Assembly (NCBI GenBank): GCA_951406725.2
Contig: OX597814.1
Location: forward strand, 204,538,001-204,602,000
Direction: 5' to 3'
Source: Octopus vulgaris
Lineage: Eukaryota
Length of the DNA stretch: 64,000 bases
In this document: piece by piece, positions 23,240 through 36,423 of the stretch
Layout of the letters: each line of letters opens with the position of its first letter
Numbering within the stretch: the first letter of the stretch is position 1
Made by a program: the position numbers and the translations under genes
Notes under the pieces: model-generated
The model's database searches: none
What the model was told of the DNA's origin: nothing
Seen by the model: only the letters and a program-made list of their open reading frames with translations

Positions 23240-23755
23240 TGATGCATTGGGCAATACGATATGCTTGAGTCAAGTAAAATCAATATCGTAGCTGGGGCAG
23301 GTGCTCTCTGGCTGGCTCCTGTGCTGATGGCACATCAAAGGCACACTGTCCCAATGTGGTTGAAACCAGGTTCACCTGGATGGCTACTGTGCTGGTGGCA
23401 CATAAAAACCACCTACCAATCGTGACTGATGTCAGTACCCGCTTGACTGGCTCCTGTGCTGGTAGCACTTAAAAAGCACCATTTGAACTTATTTGTTGCC
23501 AGGCTTGCCTTACCGACTCCCGTGTTGCTGGCATGTAAAAAGCACCAACCAACCATGACTGATACCAGTACCTCTGTACTGGTTCCTGTGCCGGTGGCAC
23601 GTAAAAAACACCATCTGAACATGATCGTTACCAGGCCCGCCTTACTGACTCCTGTGCCAGTGGCATGTAAAAAAGCACCCACTACACTCTCAGTGGGTTG
23701 GTGTTAGGAAGGGCATCCAGCTGTAGAAACTCTGTCAGACAAGACTGGAGCCTGT
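23240..23755 (+). mobile_element. RTE LINE 3' UTR fragment
   Basis: Same tandem GGCAC.TAAAAAGCACC units. Further copies at 24490-24842(+), 35660-36420(-), 42330-42930(-), 53300-53690(+), 54910-55520(-), 58940-59160(-) and 62480-62990(+). Confidence 0.8.
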
Positions 23756-23831
23756 CCTGTCAAACGTCACCTCTTTCACGTATAAATACGCAAATTGTTT
23801 ATACACTATTATAAATGAATATATATATATA

Positions 23832-24234
23832 GGCGCAGGAGTGGCTGTGTGGTAAGTAGCTTGCTAACCAACCACATGGTTCTGGGTTCAGTCCCACTGC
23901 GTGGCATCTTGGGCAAGTGTCTTCTGCTATAGCCCCAGGCCGACCAATGCCTTGTGAGTGGATTTGGTAGACGGAAACTGAAAGAAGCCTGTCGTATATA
24001 TGTATATATATATAAGTGTGTGGGTTTGTGTATCTGTGTTTGTCCCCCTAGCATTGCTTGACAACCGATGCTGGTGTGTTTACGTCCCCGTCACTTAACA
24101 GTTCGGCAAAAGAGACCGATAGAATAAGTACTGGGCTTACAAAGAATAAGTTCCGGGGTAGATTTGCTGCACTAAAGGCGGTGCTCCAGCATGGCTGCAG
24201 TCAAATGACTGAAACAAGTAAAAGAGTAAAGAGT
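23832..24234 (+). mobile_element. SINE family A, full length
   Basis: Collinear with 63577-63981. Confidence 0.88.
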
Positions 24235-24448
24235 ATATATATTATGTCATATGTAAACAAACAAGTTTGTTTTTGAAGCGTTAAAATGTATTGTAGAACA
24301 AGAAGAAAGATATATCTTTTTTTCAACATGTAAATACTGAACAGTATATATAAAGGATAAAATCCTTTTAAGAGCAGAAAAATTTGCTGGCAAATTTTTC
24401 TGCTCTTCAGTATTTATGTGTTGAAAAAATATATATCTTTCTACTTCT

Positions 24449-24491
<43 letters not shown>

Positions 24492-24926
24492 AGCGCCGCC
24501 TCGACTGGCTCCGTGTCGGTGGCACGTAAAAAGCACCATCCGAATCGTGGCCGAAGCCAGTGCCACCTCGACTGGCTTCCGTGCAGGTGGCACGTAAAAG
24601 GCACCAATCCGACCGTGGCTGATGCCAGCCTCGCCTGGCACCAGTGCAGGTGGCACGTAAAAAGCATCCACTACACTCACGGAGTGGTTGGCGTTAGGAA
24701 GGGCATCCAGCTGTAGAAACATTGCCAGATAAGACCGGAGCCTGGTGCAGCCTTCTGGCTTCCCAGATCCCCGGTCGAACCGTCCAACCCATGCTAGCAT
24801 GGAGAACGGATGTTAAACGATGATGATGATGACGATGATGATATATATATATATATATATTTATAGCAGTAATAAATCTCTCAGCGAGAAATAAACTATA
24901 GCAGCATGGAATCGTGAAGTATATTT

Positions 24927-25140
24927 ACTACTTAAATGTTGCGGACTCATAAGGGATGACGCTATTGTTGTTTATAGCCCTAGGAAGACATCTCCACCAG
25001 CTGGCTAACGACACACTGTCTGTGTCCAATTAGTATTTGCGACACAGACAGTGTGTCGTTAGACAGCTGGAGGAGATGTCTTCCTGGGGTTATTAACAAC
25101 AGTAGTGCCATATCCTATGGGTCTACCACGTTTAGGTGGT
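24927..25140. repeat. Foldback (inverted repeat, ~100 bp arms)
   Basis: ...CAGCTGGCTAACGACACACTGTCTGTGTC / GACACAGACAGTGTGTCGTTAGACAGCTG... with a 14 nt loop. Confidence 0.85.
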
Positions 25141-26045
25141 ATATATATATATATATATATATAAACACATGATATAATACCATCTAAGAATCCATAAGTC
25201 AGAAAAAACATGCAGTCATATACTTGTCATTAGAGTGGGCTTATTAATCGAGGTGTACTCTTTTATGTATCCACTATGGCCAATCTTGCCAATTGATTTC
25301 ACACTAGGGGTTGAATGGAGTGTTAGGTAACTGCCAAATTATGCAATCCGACTCTCTTCAGAGATTGCAGTTATGGGATGAAATATGGCGACTGGTCTCT
25401 ATTGTTGGAGGTGTCTGGTCTTAATTATTTTGTTTCATATGTTATTTTGGGCCAATTGGAAACTAAACTAATTTTTTTCTTTCTTATTTTCCAACAATGA
25501 GCAGTCATGAGGCAACTATTCTACTTCATCCTTCCTTTTTTTAGCTTTTAGGTCTTTGTTTCTTATTTCTTTACTACCCACAAGGGGCTAAACATAGAGG
25601 GAACAAACAAGTACAGACAAAGGGATTCAGTCGATTACATCAACCCCAGTGCATAACCGGTACTTAATTTATCGACCCCGAAAGGATGAAAGGCAAAGTC
25701 GACCTCGGCGGAATTTGAACTCAGACCGTAGCGGCAGACGAAATACCACTAAGCATTTCACCCAGCATGCTAACATTTCTGCCAGTTCACCGCCTTAGCT
25801 CTTAGGCCTCTGTTTTGTCTCGATAGAATGGACATGTGGTCGTCTTAAATCACAAGCAACATTAAACTGAACAAGAAATAAAAAAAGTATTGTAATTTGC
25901 TTGAAGTATTGTAATGTGTAAATGATAGAAATGTTTTTTCTTTAGAAGCAAAACCTTTAAGCATTGTGGGTTACAAATTAGGCAGAAATATGTAAGGTTA
26001 TGCCAATAAATACAAACAAAGAGAAGATATATGTCGGCTCTACTC

Positions 26046-26793
26046 CTGCTACTCAACTTGATTTCGAGCCGGGTCGTCTGCTGCTGGAGAGGACCAATCA
26101 GGTAAAGGACCTGGGTATCTTGGTGGATTCCTCCTTTTCGCCTTCGGCCCAGTGCGTCCATGCTGCCAACAAAGCATGCGGAATTCTGTTCTTGATTCGA
26201 CGGTCATTCGGAATGCTCACAGCAGCCATATTCCTACCACTCTATGTCACGCTGGTGAGACCCATATTGGAGTATGGGATTCAAGCCTCTTCTCCTTATC
26301 TCCTCAAAGACATACAGCATCTCGAAAGAGTCCAGAAGCTGGCTACCCGCATGGTTCATGGTCTCAAAAATTTGTCCTACGAAGAAAGGCTGAGGACGCT
26401 TGACCTTTATTCTCTTGAAAAACGCCGCCGCCGTGGTGATCTCATTCTCGCCCACAACATCATAAGCGGAAAGTGTAACCTCTCGAAAGAGCTGTTCTTC
26501 ACTCCTGCTCCAGAGCGTCGGCTGCGGGGTCATTCCGAAAAGCTCTACCTGCGACGATTTCATCTCAATCGAAGGAGAGGAGCTTTCTCTGTCCGGGTTG
26601 CGGATCCGTGGAACAAGCTGCCAGACGAGATGGTGAAGATGCCGATGACCGCTTTGTTCAAAGCCTCCCTGGATCTCAAGTGGCCTGAACTCTTTACATG
26701 AACACCACCCTGTACTTAACTCCATGTCCCCCTACATGGCCTTGCTATTTGCTTTTGAGCCAAATTAACTAACTAACTAACTAACTAACTAAC
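26046..26793 (+). mobile_element. 5'-truncated CR1-clade LINE (RT C-terminus, ORF to 26701) with a (CTAA)n tail
   Basis: VKDLGILVD, LYVTLVRPILEYG, LERVQKLATRMV.GL..LSYEERL..L.LYSLEKRRRRGDLI and FSVRV...WN.LP are CR1 ORF2 C-terminal motifs. Confidence 0.93.
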
Positions 26794-26835
26794 ATATTAC
26801 TTCACATAGATTATTTGTTTCTGTAATGTCAGTCA

Positions 26836-28110
26836 GGTAGTGGTGGTAGTGGTGGTAGTGGTTGGGTGGCGGTAGTGGTTGGATGGTGGTGGTGATTGGG
26901 TGGTAGTAGTGGTTGGATGGTGGTGGTGATTGGGTGGTAGTAGTGGTTGGATGGTGGTGGTGATTGGGTGGTGGTAGTGGTGGGGTGGTGGTAGTGGTGG
27001 TGTGGTGGTATTAGTTGGGTGGTGGTAGTGGTGGTGGTGGTAGTGGTTGTGTGGTGGGGTGGTAGTGGTTGGGTGGTGGGGGTAGTGGTTGGGTGGTGGT
27101 AGTGGTTGGGTGGTGGTAGTGGTGGGGTGGTGGTAGTGGTAGGGTGGTGGTAGTGGTGGGGTGGTGGTAGTGGTGGGGTGTGGTAGTGGTTGGGTGGTGG
27201 TAGTGGTTGGGTGGTGGTAGTGGTGGGGTGGTGGTAGTGGTGGTTGGGTGGTGGTAGTGGTTGGGTGGTGGGGTGGTGGTGGTTGGGCGGTGGTAGTGGT
27301 TGGGTGGTGGTGGTAGTGGTTGGGTGGTGGTAGTGGTGGAGTGGTGGTAGTGGTGGGGTGGTGGTAGTGGTTGGGTGGTGGTAGTGGTTGGGTGGTGGTA
27401 GTGGTTGGGTGGTGGTAGTGGTTGGGTGGTGGTAGTGGTTGGGTGGTGGTAGTGGTTGGGTGGTGGTGGTTGGGTGGTGGGGGTAGTGGTTGGGTGGTGG
27501 TAGTGGTGGGGTGGTGGTAGTGGTGGGGTGGTGGTAGTGGTGGGGTGGTGGTAGTGGTGGGTGGTGGTAGTGGTTGGGTGGTGGTAGTGGTTGGGTGGTG
27601 GTAGTGGTTGGGTGGTGGTAGTGGTGGGGTGGTGGTAGTGGTAGGGTGGTGGTAGTGGTAGGGTGGTGGTAGTGGTGGGGTGGTGGTAGTGGTGGGGTGT
27701 GGTAGTGGTTGGGTGGTGGTAGTGGTTGGGTGGTGGGGTGGTGGTAGTGGTTGGGTGGTGGTAGTGGTGTGGTGGTGGTAGTGGTTGGGTGGTGGTAGTG
27801 GTTGGATGGTGGTAGTGGTGGGATGGTGGTAGTGGTGGGGTGGTGGTAGTGGTGGGGTGGTGGTAGTGGTGGGTGGTAGTGGTTGGGTGGTGTGGTGGGG
27901 TGGTGGTGGTGGTTGGGTGGTGGTAGTGGTAGGGTGGTGGTAGTGGTTGGGTGGTGGTGGTGGGGGGGTGGTGGTAGTGGTTGGGTGGTGGTAGTGGTTG
28001 GGTGGTGGTAGTGGTTGGATGGTGGTAGTGGTGGGGTGGTGGTAGTGGTTGGGTGGTGGTAGTGATTGAGTGGTGGTAGTGATTGAGTGGTGGTAGTGGT
28101 GGTAGTGGCG
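26836..28110. repeat. G-rich minisatellite, ~17 bp unit GGGTGGTGGTAGTGGTT
   Basis: Read directly. Explains the P/T/H-rich minus-strand ORFs. Confidence 0.95.
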
Positions 28111-28761
28111 GAGTGAAAGATTCCTCGGTAGGTGTTGTATGGTCAGCAGTTCCATATATAGTTGTGGACAGTGTTGACATTGCACTATTCCTGGAAAGCC
28201 CCTAATCAGTGGTGTTCCAGCTGTGACTATCCGCATTTTGAATACGTAGAAGTACGTTATTTATTCTGTGCTTCCACTTCAAATAGAGTGAAGTTAGATC
28301 TGAGGAGTATTTGGCTGTTCTTTCTAGCAGTTGAAGCAACTACGTGAAGACTCTCATGTTGACTCAAAAAGCTCATTGCCAGATTGGCCAAAAGTCTCTC
28401 ATTAGCTCAGTAGAGAATCCCTTACTGGTAGAGACACTCGCTATTGGCTTGGTAGAGGCACCCTCACCATATCGATTGAAGATCTCATTGGATTAGTAGA
28501 GATGGTCATTACTGGATAGGTAGAGAATAATCCAAAGAAACTCACTTACTATAATGATAGAAAATCCCTCTTTGGATTAGCAGAGACTTCTTTGTTGTGA
28601 TTTCCATGGTCTCTCACTAAAGATGACTTACACTCATGTGATATCTGAATATCCGATTTTGCTGACCCCTAAATCTCCTTAATTCGTAAATGATCAAATT
28701 GCTAAAATGATGAGTGGACGTCTTATTTCTGAATTATGACATTTATTGTTGATTTTCATAG

Positions 28762-28884
28762 AAATACCCAGATGTGGAAATATACACTGTGGGAAAAATG
28801 AATCCTGTAGAGAAGACAACGAAGGAAATCCTGTTTGTAAATGTGAAAATGGTTACGAGAAAAACGAGAATGGTGAATGCCAAG
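28762..28884 (+). CDS. Stabilin-like exon 4: EIPRCGNIHCGKNESCREDNEGNPVCKCENGYEKNENGECQ (EGF); GC donor
   Basis: ttttcatag| acceptor and six-Cys EGF spacing. The only frame-compatible donor is CAAG|GCAAGT. Confidence 0.85.
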
Positions 28885-30129
28885 GCAAGTATCAAGACAT
28901 TTGTAGTTAACACACACACCAGTATGCATACATACATGCATGCATACATACATACATGCATACATATATGCATACATATACATACATATGCATACATATA
29001 CACATACATACATACATATATACATATGTAAAATATTCATGAAGTTTATTATGTAATAAAATCTTCATTTGCAATACTATCCATGCCTGCGTCCATATCT
29101 GCAAGTGCACATACACATGTATATGCATACATGTGTATATGCATTCATGTGCACATGCATACATACATATGTGTATACCTGCATACAGACATGCACATCA
29201 TACATACACACACACATAACCTCAAATATGTGAGATGAAAATCCAATCATCCAAATACAATTATGAATTCTTTAGTTAGGAGTGTCTCCCTTAAAATCTT
29301 TAAAATTTCAGCGACTGAAAAATAGTTAAACAAAACGAGAAATACAATAATTTAGCTTTAACTGAAGCTGGTTCCGAGGAGAAAATTCATTATATTTCAA
29401 ATGGTGAGAATAAGAGTATACGTTAAGATGCAGAAATAATGGACCGAATGAATAATGGTAGCGATCACCATGACGATAAAAATTATTCAATAAGAGAAAT
29501 AATAAGAATAAGATAATAGATATGTCAATGTAGATAAAGTGATAAAAAAAAAAACTAATTAATAAAAATAGTGAAATGAAGAGCAAAAGTAGCTATGTGA
29601 ACCTATGTGGCAAATTTAGTACTAATAAGACCATTATAACAACCAAGCAATCTACTGATTATAATAGGGATGATTATAGTGAGGTTGATAATGATAATAA
29701 TAACTGCTCTGCTGAGAACAGCTAGGGTTTTTGAGATTGGTTCTTGGGTATTGAATGTCTTCCACGATAATTAACAACTGATCATCAAAGCTTATAATGT
29801 GCAGAAAGAGACCCTGTGAAACTCCCTGACAACAGGCTGCCGTCTGCTCTCACAGAATCAGCCTGAGCAGACAAGACCAAGCACTCTGAGAAGTAAAACA
29901 ACAACAACAACAATAATAATAATAATGGCAATATGAAGTATAATAATAAAAAAATAATCTTGGGTTATATATAATGAATCTGAAATACCAAGCTTGAATA
30001 GGGAAAACACGTCCATATCAAATGTAACAAATCTTATTACAGAAGAGATTCCTAGATCAAAACCTAATATTGACAATAGATGGAATGTGTACTGCTCGGA
30101 TGAAAAATCTCTCAGTAATAGGTCTAACT

Positions 30130-30240
30130 GGTTATGTAATCTCAAAAATCGTCCAAAATAGCTTTTAAGCTATGATTAAAAGAGACTTAATATATAAATG
30201 CTCAGTAACAGGGGAATCTAAATACTATTATGTAGATATT
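30130..30240 (+). pseudogene. Possible Penelope-like GIY-YIG motif remnant (DLIYKCSVTGESKYYYV) after an Asn-rich degenerate region from ~29300
   Basis: LIYKC.V...YYV resembles the PLE GIY-YIG signature. Flanking frames are broken. Confidence 0.45.
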
Positions 30241-30595
30241 TGCACAACTAATTTGAAGTCAAGATTATAGAACCATGTTTCTTAATCCATGAATTTCTTG
30301 GATGCACATTTATGACTATAACAATGCAGGTTAAACTATTTGAAAACTCAAATTTTAGTCTACACATGCAACCTGCCTTACTTAGGGAATAGTCTGAGAA
30401 GAATATATGACTAACCATCACACTAGAATGGTTCTTCATATTTTCATATTTGATTTTTAACATTTGTTTTTTACTTCATGGAGCAAGTTATAAAGCTTTT
30501 TGTTTTCAATGGTGTGTTTTTTTTAGAATTAATGGTTTATCATTTCTTATTCATTTTCATTGCCTTTAGATATTAATGCAAATGTTTATTTTCAG

Positions 30596-30795
30596 CTCAG
30601 AGTGCCTGTGCCTCCTCACCTTGTCCAGTAAATAGTAACTGTATTGACTTAGCACCAGGAAAATATGACTGTATTTGCCATGAAAACTACAAAAATATTG
30701 GGCGTCGAAGATGTGCCCCGATCAATCCTTGTGCTATGAACAATGGTGGGTGTCAGGCAGAGAACTCATACTGTGTGTTTCTTGGCCCAGGACGG
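30596..30795 (+). CDS. Stabilin-like exon 5: AQSACASSPCPVNSNCIDLAPGKYDCICHENYKNIGRRRCAPINPCAMNNGGCQAENSYCVFLGPGR (EGF repeats)
   Basis: ttttcag| acceptor, |gtaagt donor. INPC..NNGGC motif. Phase 1 to 0. Confidence 0.93.
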
Positions 30796-31708
30796 GTAAG
30801 TTAATAATTGAAAATAGCTTGTCAGCCGCTGTCAGATATCTCCTACCATGTAAGAGAAAATCTCTAAACCTGTATAATAATCAACTTGCTTCTATTTTCA
30901 TTTCTGCAGCTGAATAAATCTGCAAAATTTCAAGACAAGCAATAACCATATTGACCTCATCAACAGTAAAAGACCAGTAAAGGTTATGGATAATACTCCT
31001 CAGACTAAAATGCTAAATAGAAATTATGATTAGCCTTTATAAATGAACAAATATTTTCCTATTTATATGATCTTTAATTACTTCTAATCCTGAACAACAG
31101 TTGGTAACCGTTATTTTAATCCATCAAAAACAGCATTCGTTTCTAGAATTGACTCAAAAGCATTTCATGGAAAGTAAGGCCATGATGTCAGCTGAGAAGA
31201 GCAATGAAGAGTCAAGCCTGTATATGCTCTGATGTGCCTCAGAAATCTCTGAAATTAGCAGGTAGAAGCTGAAGTTCTTTTTTCAGAATTTTGAGGCTTA
31301 TGATAAATTTCCAGAGATATACACAGTATATATATCATACTCAGCTTAGAGGAATTTTTTACATTTATTCCAGGTATGTTTACCGTTTATACAAGATTAT
31401 ATAATTTATTATATTAGTTTTTATATAACCTTGAATTGGTTGATATAATTTATTATATTAGTTTTTATATAACCTTGAATTGGTTGTGTTTTCTATGAGG
31501 GAAGGTCATGACATTAACATGTCCATTATAGTTACTGACTTTTTCATTTCATCATCGTTTTATTGTTGAACAACAGTGGGTTATATGTAGATCATTCATA
31601 GATTAATGTGCACTACTACTACTACTACTACTATATATGCACCATTCATGGTTTAATATGCTCTCTCATATGAGCATTACTCACAGTATAAGATGTATGA
31701 CTCATATG

Positions 31709-32089
31709 TGGAAGCACTCCGTCGGTAACGACGATGAGGGTTCTGGTTGATCCGAATCAACGGAACAGCCTGCTCGTGAAATTAACGTGTAAGTGGCTGA
31801 GCATTCCACAGACACGTGCACCCTTAACGTAGTTCTCGAGGATATTCAGCGTGACACAGAGAGTGCCAAGGCCGGCCCTTTGAAATACAGGTACAACAGA
31901 AACAGGAAGTGTGAGAGAAAGTTGTGGCGAAAGAGTACAGCAGGGATCACCACCATCCCCTGCCGGAGCCTCGTGGAGCTTTTAGGTGTTTTCGCTCAAT
32001 AAACACTCACAACGCCCGGTCTGGGAATCGAAACCGTAATCCTACGATCGCGAGTCCGCTGCCCTAACCACTGGGCCATTGCGCCTCCA
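31709..32089 (-). mobile_element. tRNA-derived SINE, family B, full length
   Basis: Reverse-complement head GGAGGCGCAATGGCCCAGTGGTTAGGGCAGCGGACTCGCG...GTTTCGATTCCCAG. Confidence 0.88.
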
Positions 32090-32692
32090 CTATGACTCAT
32101 ATGTATCACCTACAGACTAACATGCAACACCCCAAATATCCTGACTGAAAGCCCTATGTGCAGCACCACAGACACTAATTAGGAACCACAGACACTAATT
32201 CAACTTTGAGAAATAAATTGCTTTTAAAATGATAATTTCCTTAGAATGGATTAGGCGGAGCAGGAAGATACACATGGATGTAAAGGGTTGCTGAAGAGGT
32301 CACAGATGTGTGATAAAAGATTTCCCGACAATAGACATAAGATAAAATAAGAAAATAAGAACAATAATAAACGAGTGAAGAACAAATATATGGTGCATGT
32401 GTTTATCTGTCAAAAAACAAAAACAAACGACCATTCTGATATATAACAATAACTGTTTCAACACACAATTTCACATCAGGAATCAGGCAAAGCAAATCCA
32501 TAAACGTAATTTCCTAAGTCTACTCTGCTTTTTCCTCAGCAGTTGCTCAAATTTACCAAGGATTGTTCAGTTTTCGTATTTATTTCCATGAACAATGTCC
32601 AGATTTGTATTTTACTTTCCAGAGAAAATCTCCAGATTTATCAAATGTGTCTACTTTCCCAGAAAACGTTAATTTTTGTGTTCATTTTCCAG

Positions 32693-32826
32693 AGGCTATG
32701 TAGATGTAACGACGGTTATGAATGGATTGATGGAACTGGGTGCCGTCTCAAAGATCTTTGTCTTACCAACCCATACCCGTGTCATAAATATGCCATGTGT
32801 AAAACAATTCCACCAGAAGAATTATT
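32693..32826 (+). CDS. Stabilin-like exon 6: RLCRCNDGYEWIDGTGCRLKDLCLTNPYPCHKYAMCKTIPPEEL
   Basis: ttttccag| acceptor, |gtaagt donor. EGF Cys spacing. Phase 0 to 2. Confidence 0.92.
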
Positions 32827-32915
32827 GTAAGTTGAAGAGAACTATCACACACACACACACACACACATACACACACACACACATACACACACACACACAC
32901 ACACATACACACACA

Positions 32916-32950
<35 letters not shown>

Positions 32951-35166
32951 ACTTTCTCTCTCTCTCTCACACATACTCTCACACACACTCTTTCCCTTAC
33001 TCTCTCTCTCTCTCACACACACTCGCTCTCTCTCTCCCACACATTCTTTCTTTCTCTCTCTCACAGAGAAACAAATACAGTCTATCTCTTTCTCTATCAC
33101 ACATACACACACTCTCTCTCTCCTTCTCACACACACATACACGTACACATACACACATACACATATGGTCAGATAGCTATACTTATAAGAACAAGGGATT
33201 CGCCTCATGGTCACTCTGCTCGACTCGGAACCAAAGTTCCTTTAAATCACACTACAATGTTTTACAAAAGAAAGGATACACAGGACAATGTAGTTTGGGG
33301 GTTTTATTCCTGAGAAAAAGGTAAAAAGAGACATAACCACAAATTGGTCCACACCATACAACTTTTTTTCCTCATAACTTCCCCAAAATTGCCTATTTTT
33401 TAACGAAAAATGCAGCAGTAACATTTCAAGATGGTTACAATTATAATGACAGCATTAAAAAATTTTTCTGAAGGATTTGTTAATAATAAAATGAAAACAA
33501 TCGCAACAAAAACTGAATTGAAAAATAAAAAGTTCCAAGTAGCGTTTAGGGTGGTAGTGAAGTTCAAAATAGTGGTTTCGATACCTGAACAGAGATCATT
33601 ACTCACCTCAATTTTTTGGGTCTTAATTGTCTTTAAATATATATTTTTTAAAACAACATTTTGCAGACATACGCTTCCCTGAGTGTAGCTCATATAATGT
33701 TGATGCTGCAAACATATAAATCTGGGAAAAGTGAAAATACCAAAGACATGAAAATTGGTGGCAACAAGATAAAAGGACAAGAAAAAGAAATGATCCGACT
33801 CTCATCTAAACTCTTTTCTAAATTCTGTCCATTTTATTGTAACCTACATTCTTGAAAATATATGGCTGTAAAATTTCTTTAAAGAATATCAATTTTTGAC
33901 AAAGTTATGTAGAAACAAAGTCGTATCATAGTTAAGTCAAAAAAGGAAAAAATAAGATAACTTGATGGTCAGTCATTATTCATCATAATTCTTGCTCAGT
34001 CAGGACTAATCTAGGACTAAACAACAGCAGCAACAATATATTCCTATACTCTTCCAAAAAACTGTTGCTGTGGTTGTTGCTTATCCTAAGTCAGTCCTGA
34101 TCAAGCAGAACTATGACCAAAAACTATGATCCATTGCCTTTTTCTTTGACACACTCTTCTACAACTTCATTATTTAATGTGTGATGGAGAGAGATTTGAT
34201 TGTTATTTCTACAAAGTCAGGTGACCATGTAGAGGTGCACTGGTTGGCTCACTATTACTCTTGTTTAATCCCAGGTTAACTCCACTCGAGCAGACTTCTG
34301 GTCAAGAGCATTGAATCTGTGGTCATCCTGCACTTTTAGGGCTAAGGTCATCGTTAGAATCTGAACTGCCGTATACATGAATGCAAGAGCATATACAAAA
34401 GTGAATCTGAATATGCTATGGTACTGAATTATGTGTATATTCAAGTAAAGTACCAAAGTGCATATACATGTGAGTGCAATCTTCCAGTGAGTCTGAATAT
34501 GGTGCAGTGCATAATATTCAAGTGAATCTGAATATGGAATTTGCATTGCAAGGTGCTGAAAAAAGTGTTTACTCAATCTATAATTTCTGGCAATATATCT
34601 GTACAAACTGTGTACTGGTTGGTGCCTTGAAATTTCTACATAAAACTTGAAGTGTACAGATTAAAGAATACCTCTTCCAAAATGAATGCAACAATAATGG
34701 CTACAGTTTTTGCAAACCGGAATAATTTGTGACTAAATTTGTTGCAGTTGAGATTCTTGTTGAATTGTTAATTGCTATTGATGTTAAGATCCAATTTAGC
34801 ACTGATGAATCAAGCCTATCATCATAGACGCTCCATCTTTGACCATCTCATCTTTTATATATCCCTATTATGTTATTCACTGTCTTCTAAGGCAGTGATC
34901 AAGGCAGATTTGACTGCTATTTATAACAGCTCAAGTCTGGATGCAGAGACTTCTTTCATTGGATTGCAGATGTTCATTGAGATGAAGAGAATTGATTGAG
35001 AGAGTTTGTAATTAACTAATTAACTCATTAATTACATAGCTCATTTAACTTTTGTCAATGGTTTTTGGCTTACATATTTTTTTAAAGTATGCAAAAATAA
35101 CAAATGCTATGTGCTATAACAACACACAAAGAATGAAATAAAACAATTGTTCTCCATTTCTTTAAG

Positions 35167-35230
35167 GTGTGTCTGTAAAGAGGGATATATTGGGAATGGA
35201 CGTACAGAGTGTATTGGAAATCTGGTCGAT
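35167..35230 (+). CDS. Stabilin-like exon 7: (L)CVCKEGYIGNGRTECIGNLVD
   Basis: tttaag| acceptor, |gtaagt donor. C.CKEGY.G.G..C.GN is the EGF-to-FAS1 junction. Phase 2 to 0. Confidence 0.92.
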
Positions 35231-35609
35231 GTAAGTATTTTTCTAAAAGGTTCCTAATATTCTACAGTAATTTATGTTGTATCCTTACTCCTGTCCCTTA
35301 TCACCTTCTCCTCTTCTTGCTCCTTCCTGACTCCTATTTTCTTTCCTTTACTCCCCATTCTCAAACTGATATTTACTGTATCCACTTCTTAGCTGTTTAA
35401 GAATCTATAAGTTAGAAAGAAATATGCACTCATATATTTGTTGATAGAGTGGGTACATTAATCAATATTATATATCCATTACAGCTGATCTTACCAATCG
35501 GTTTTGCACAGGTGGTTCAACAGGATGTTAGGTAACAACATGATTATGTAACTCTATGCTCTTCAGAGTTGGCTGTCATGGAAGAAAATATGGTATGTGT
35601 GTGTATGTG

Positions 35610-35659
<50 letters not shown>

Positions 35660-36423
35660 AAGTGCCAGTAAGGTGACGCTGGTAATGATCATGCTCGAAT
35701 GGTGCTTTTTATGTGCCACTGGCATGGAAGCTAGTTAACTACTCTGGCAACGATCATGCTCGGATAGTGCCCTTAGCACTCCACTAGCACGGATGCCAGT
35801 CATCGAATTTGATTTCGATTTCACTTGCCTCAACAGGTCTTCACAAGCAGAGTTTAGTGTCCAATGAAGGAAAGGTATGCATAAGTGGGCTGGTTACACC
35901 CCTGGCATAGGCCACGAGGTTATGATCTCACTTGGCTTGTCGGGTCTTCTCAAGCACAGCATATTTCCAAAGGTCTCGGTCACTAGTCATTGCCTTGGTG
36001 AGGCCTAATGTTCGAAGGTCATACTTCACCACTTCACCAGGCTCCAATCTGATCTGGTAATGTTTCTACAGCTGGATGCTCTTTCTGATGCCAACCACTC
36101 CAAAAGTGTAGTGGGTGCTTTCTAAGTGCCACTGGAACAGGAGCCAGTCAGTGGGCCTGGCATCAATCATATTCGGGTAGTGTTTTTTACATACCACCGG
36201 CACAGGAGCCAGTCAAGGGGTACTGGCACTGGCTACAATTTGGATGGTGCTTTTTATGTGCCATCAGCCTGGGAGCCAGTCAGGTGGACCTGGCATCGAT
36301 CATGCTTGGATGTTTTTACATGCCACCAGAACAGGAGCCAGTCAGGGAGCACTGGCCATAGCTACAATTTTGGTTTTACTTGATTCAACAGGTCTTCTCA
36401 AACATATCATATTGCCCGATGCA

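Noticed and set aside
26000-26701. 233 aa ORF as a host gene
   Set aside because: C-terminal part of CR1 ORF2. The ATG lies in flanking intron DNA and the RT catalytic core is absent.
26833-28236. 467 aa and 389 aa extensin- or mucin-like ORFs
   Set aside because: Stop-free minus-strand frames of the 17 bp G-rich satellite, with no splice or start context.
31399-31486. 44 bp perfect tandem duplication
   Set aside because: Ordinary AT-rich local duplication with no further structure.
33350-33930. Possible old MITE with degenerate inverted ends
   Set aside because: The inverted match is short and imperfect and no TSD was found.
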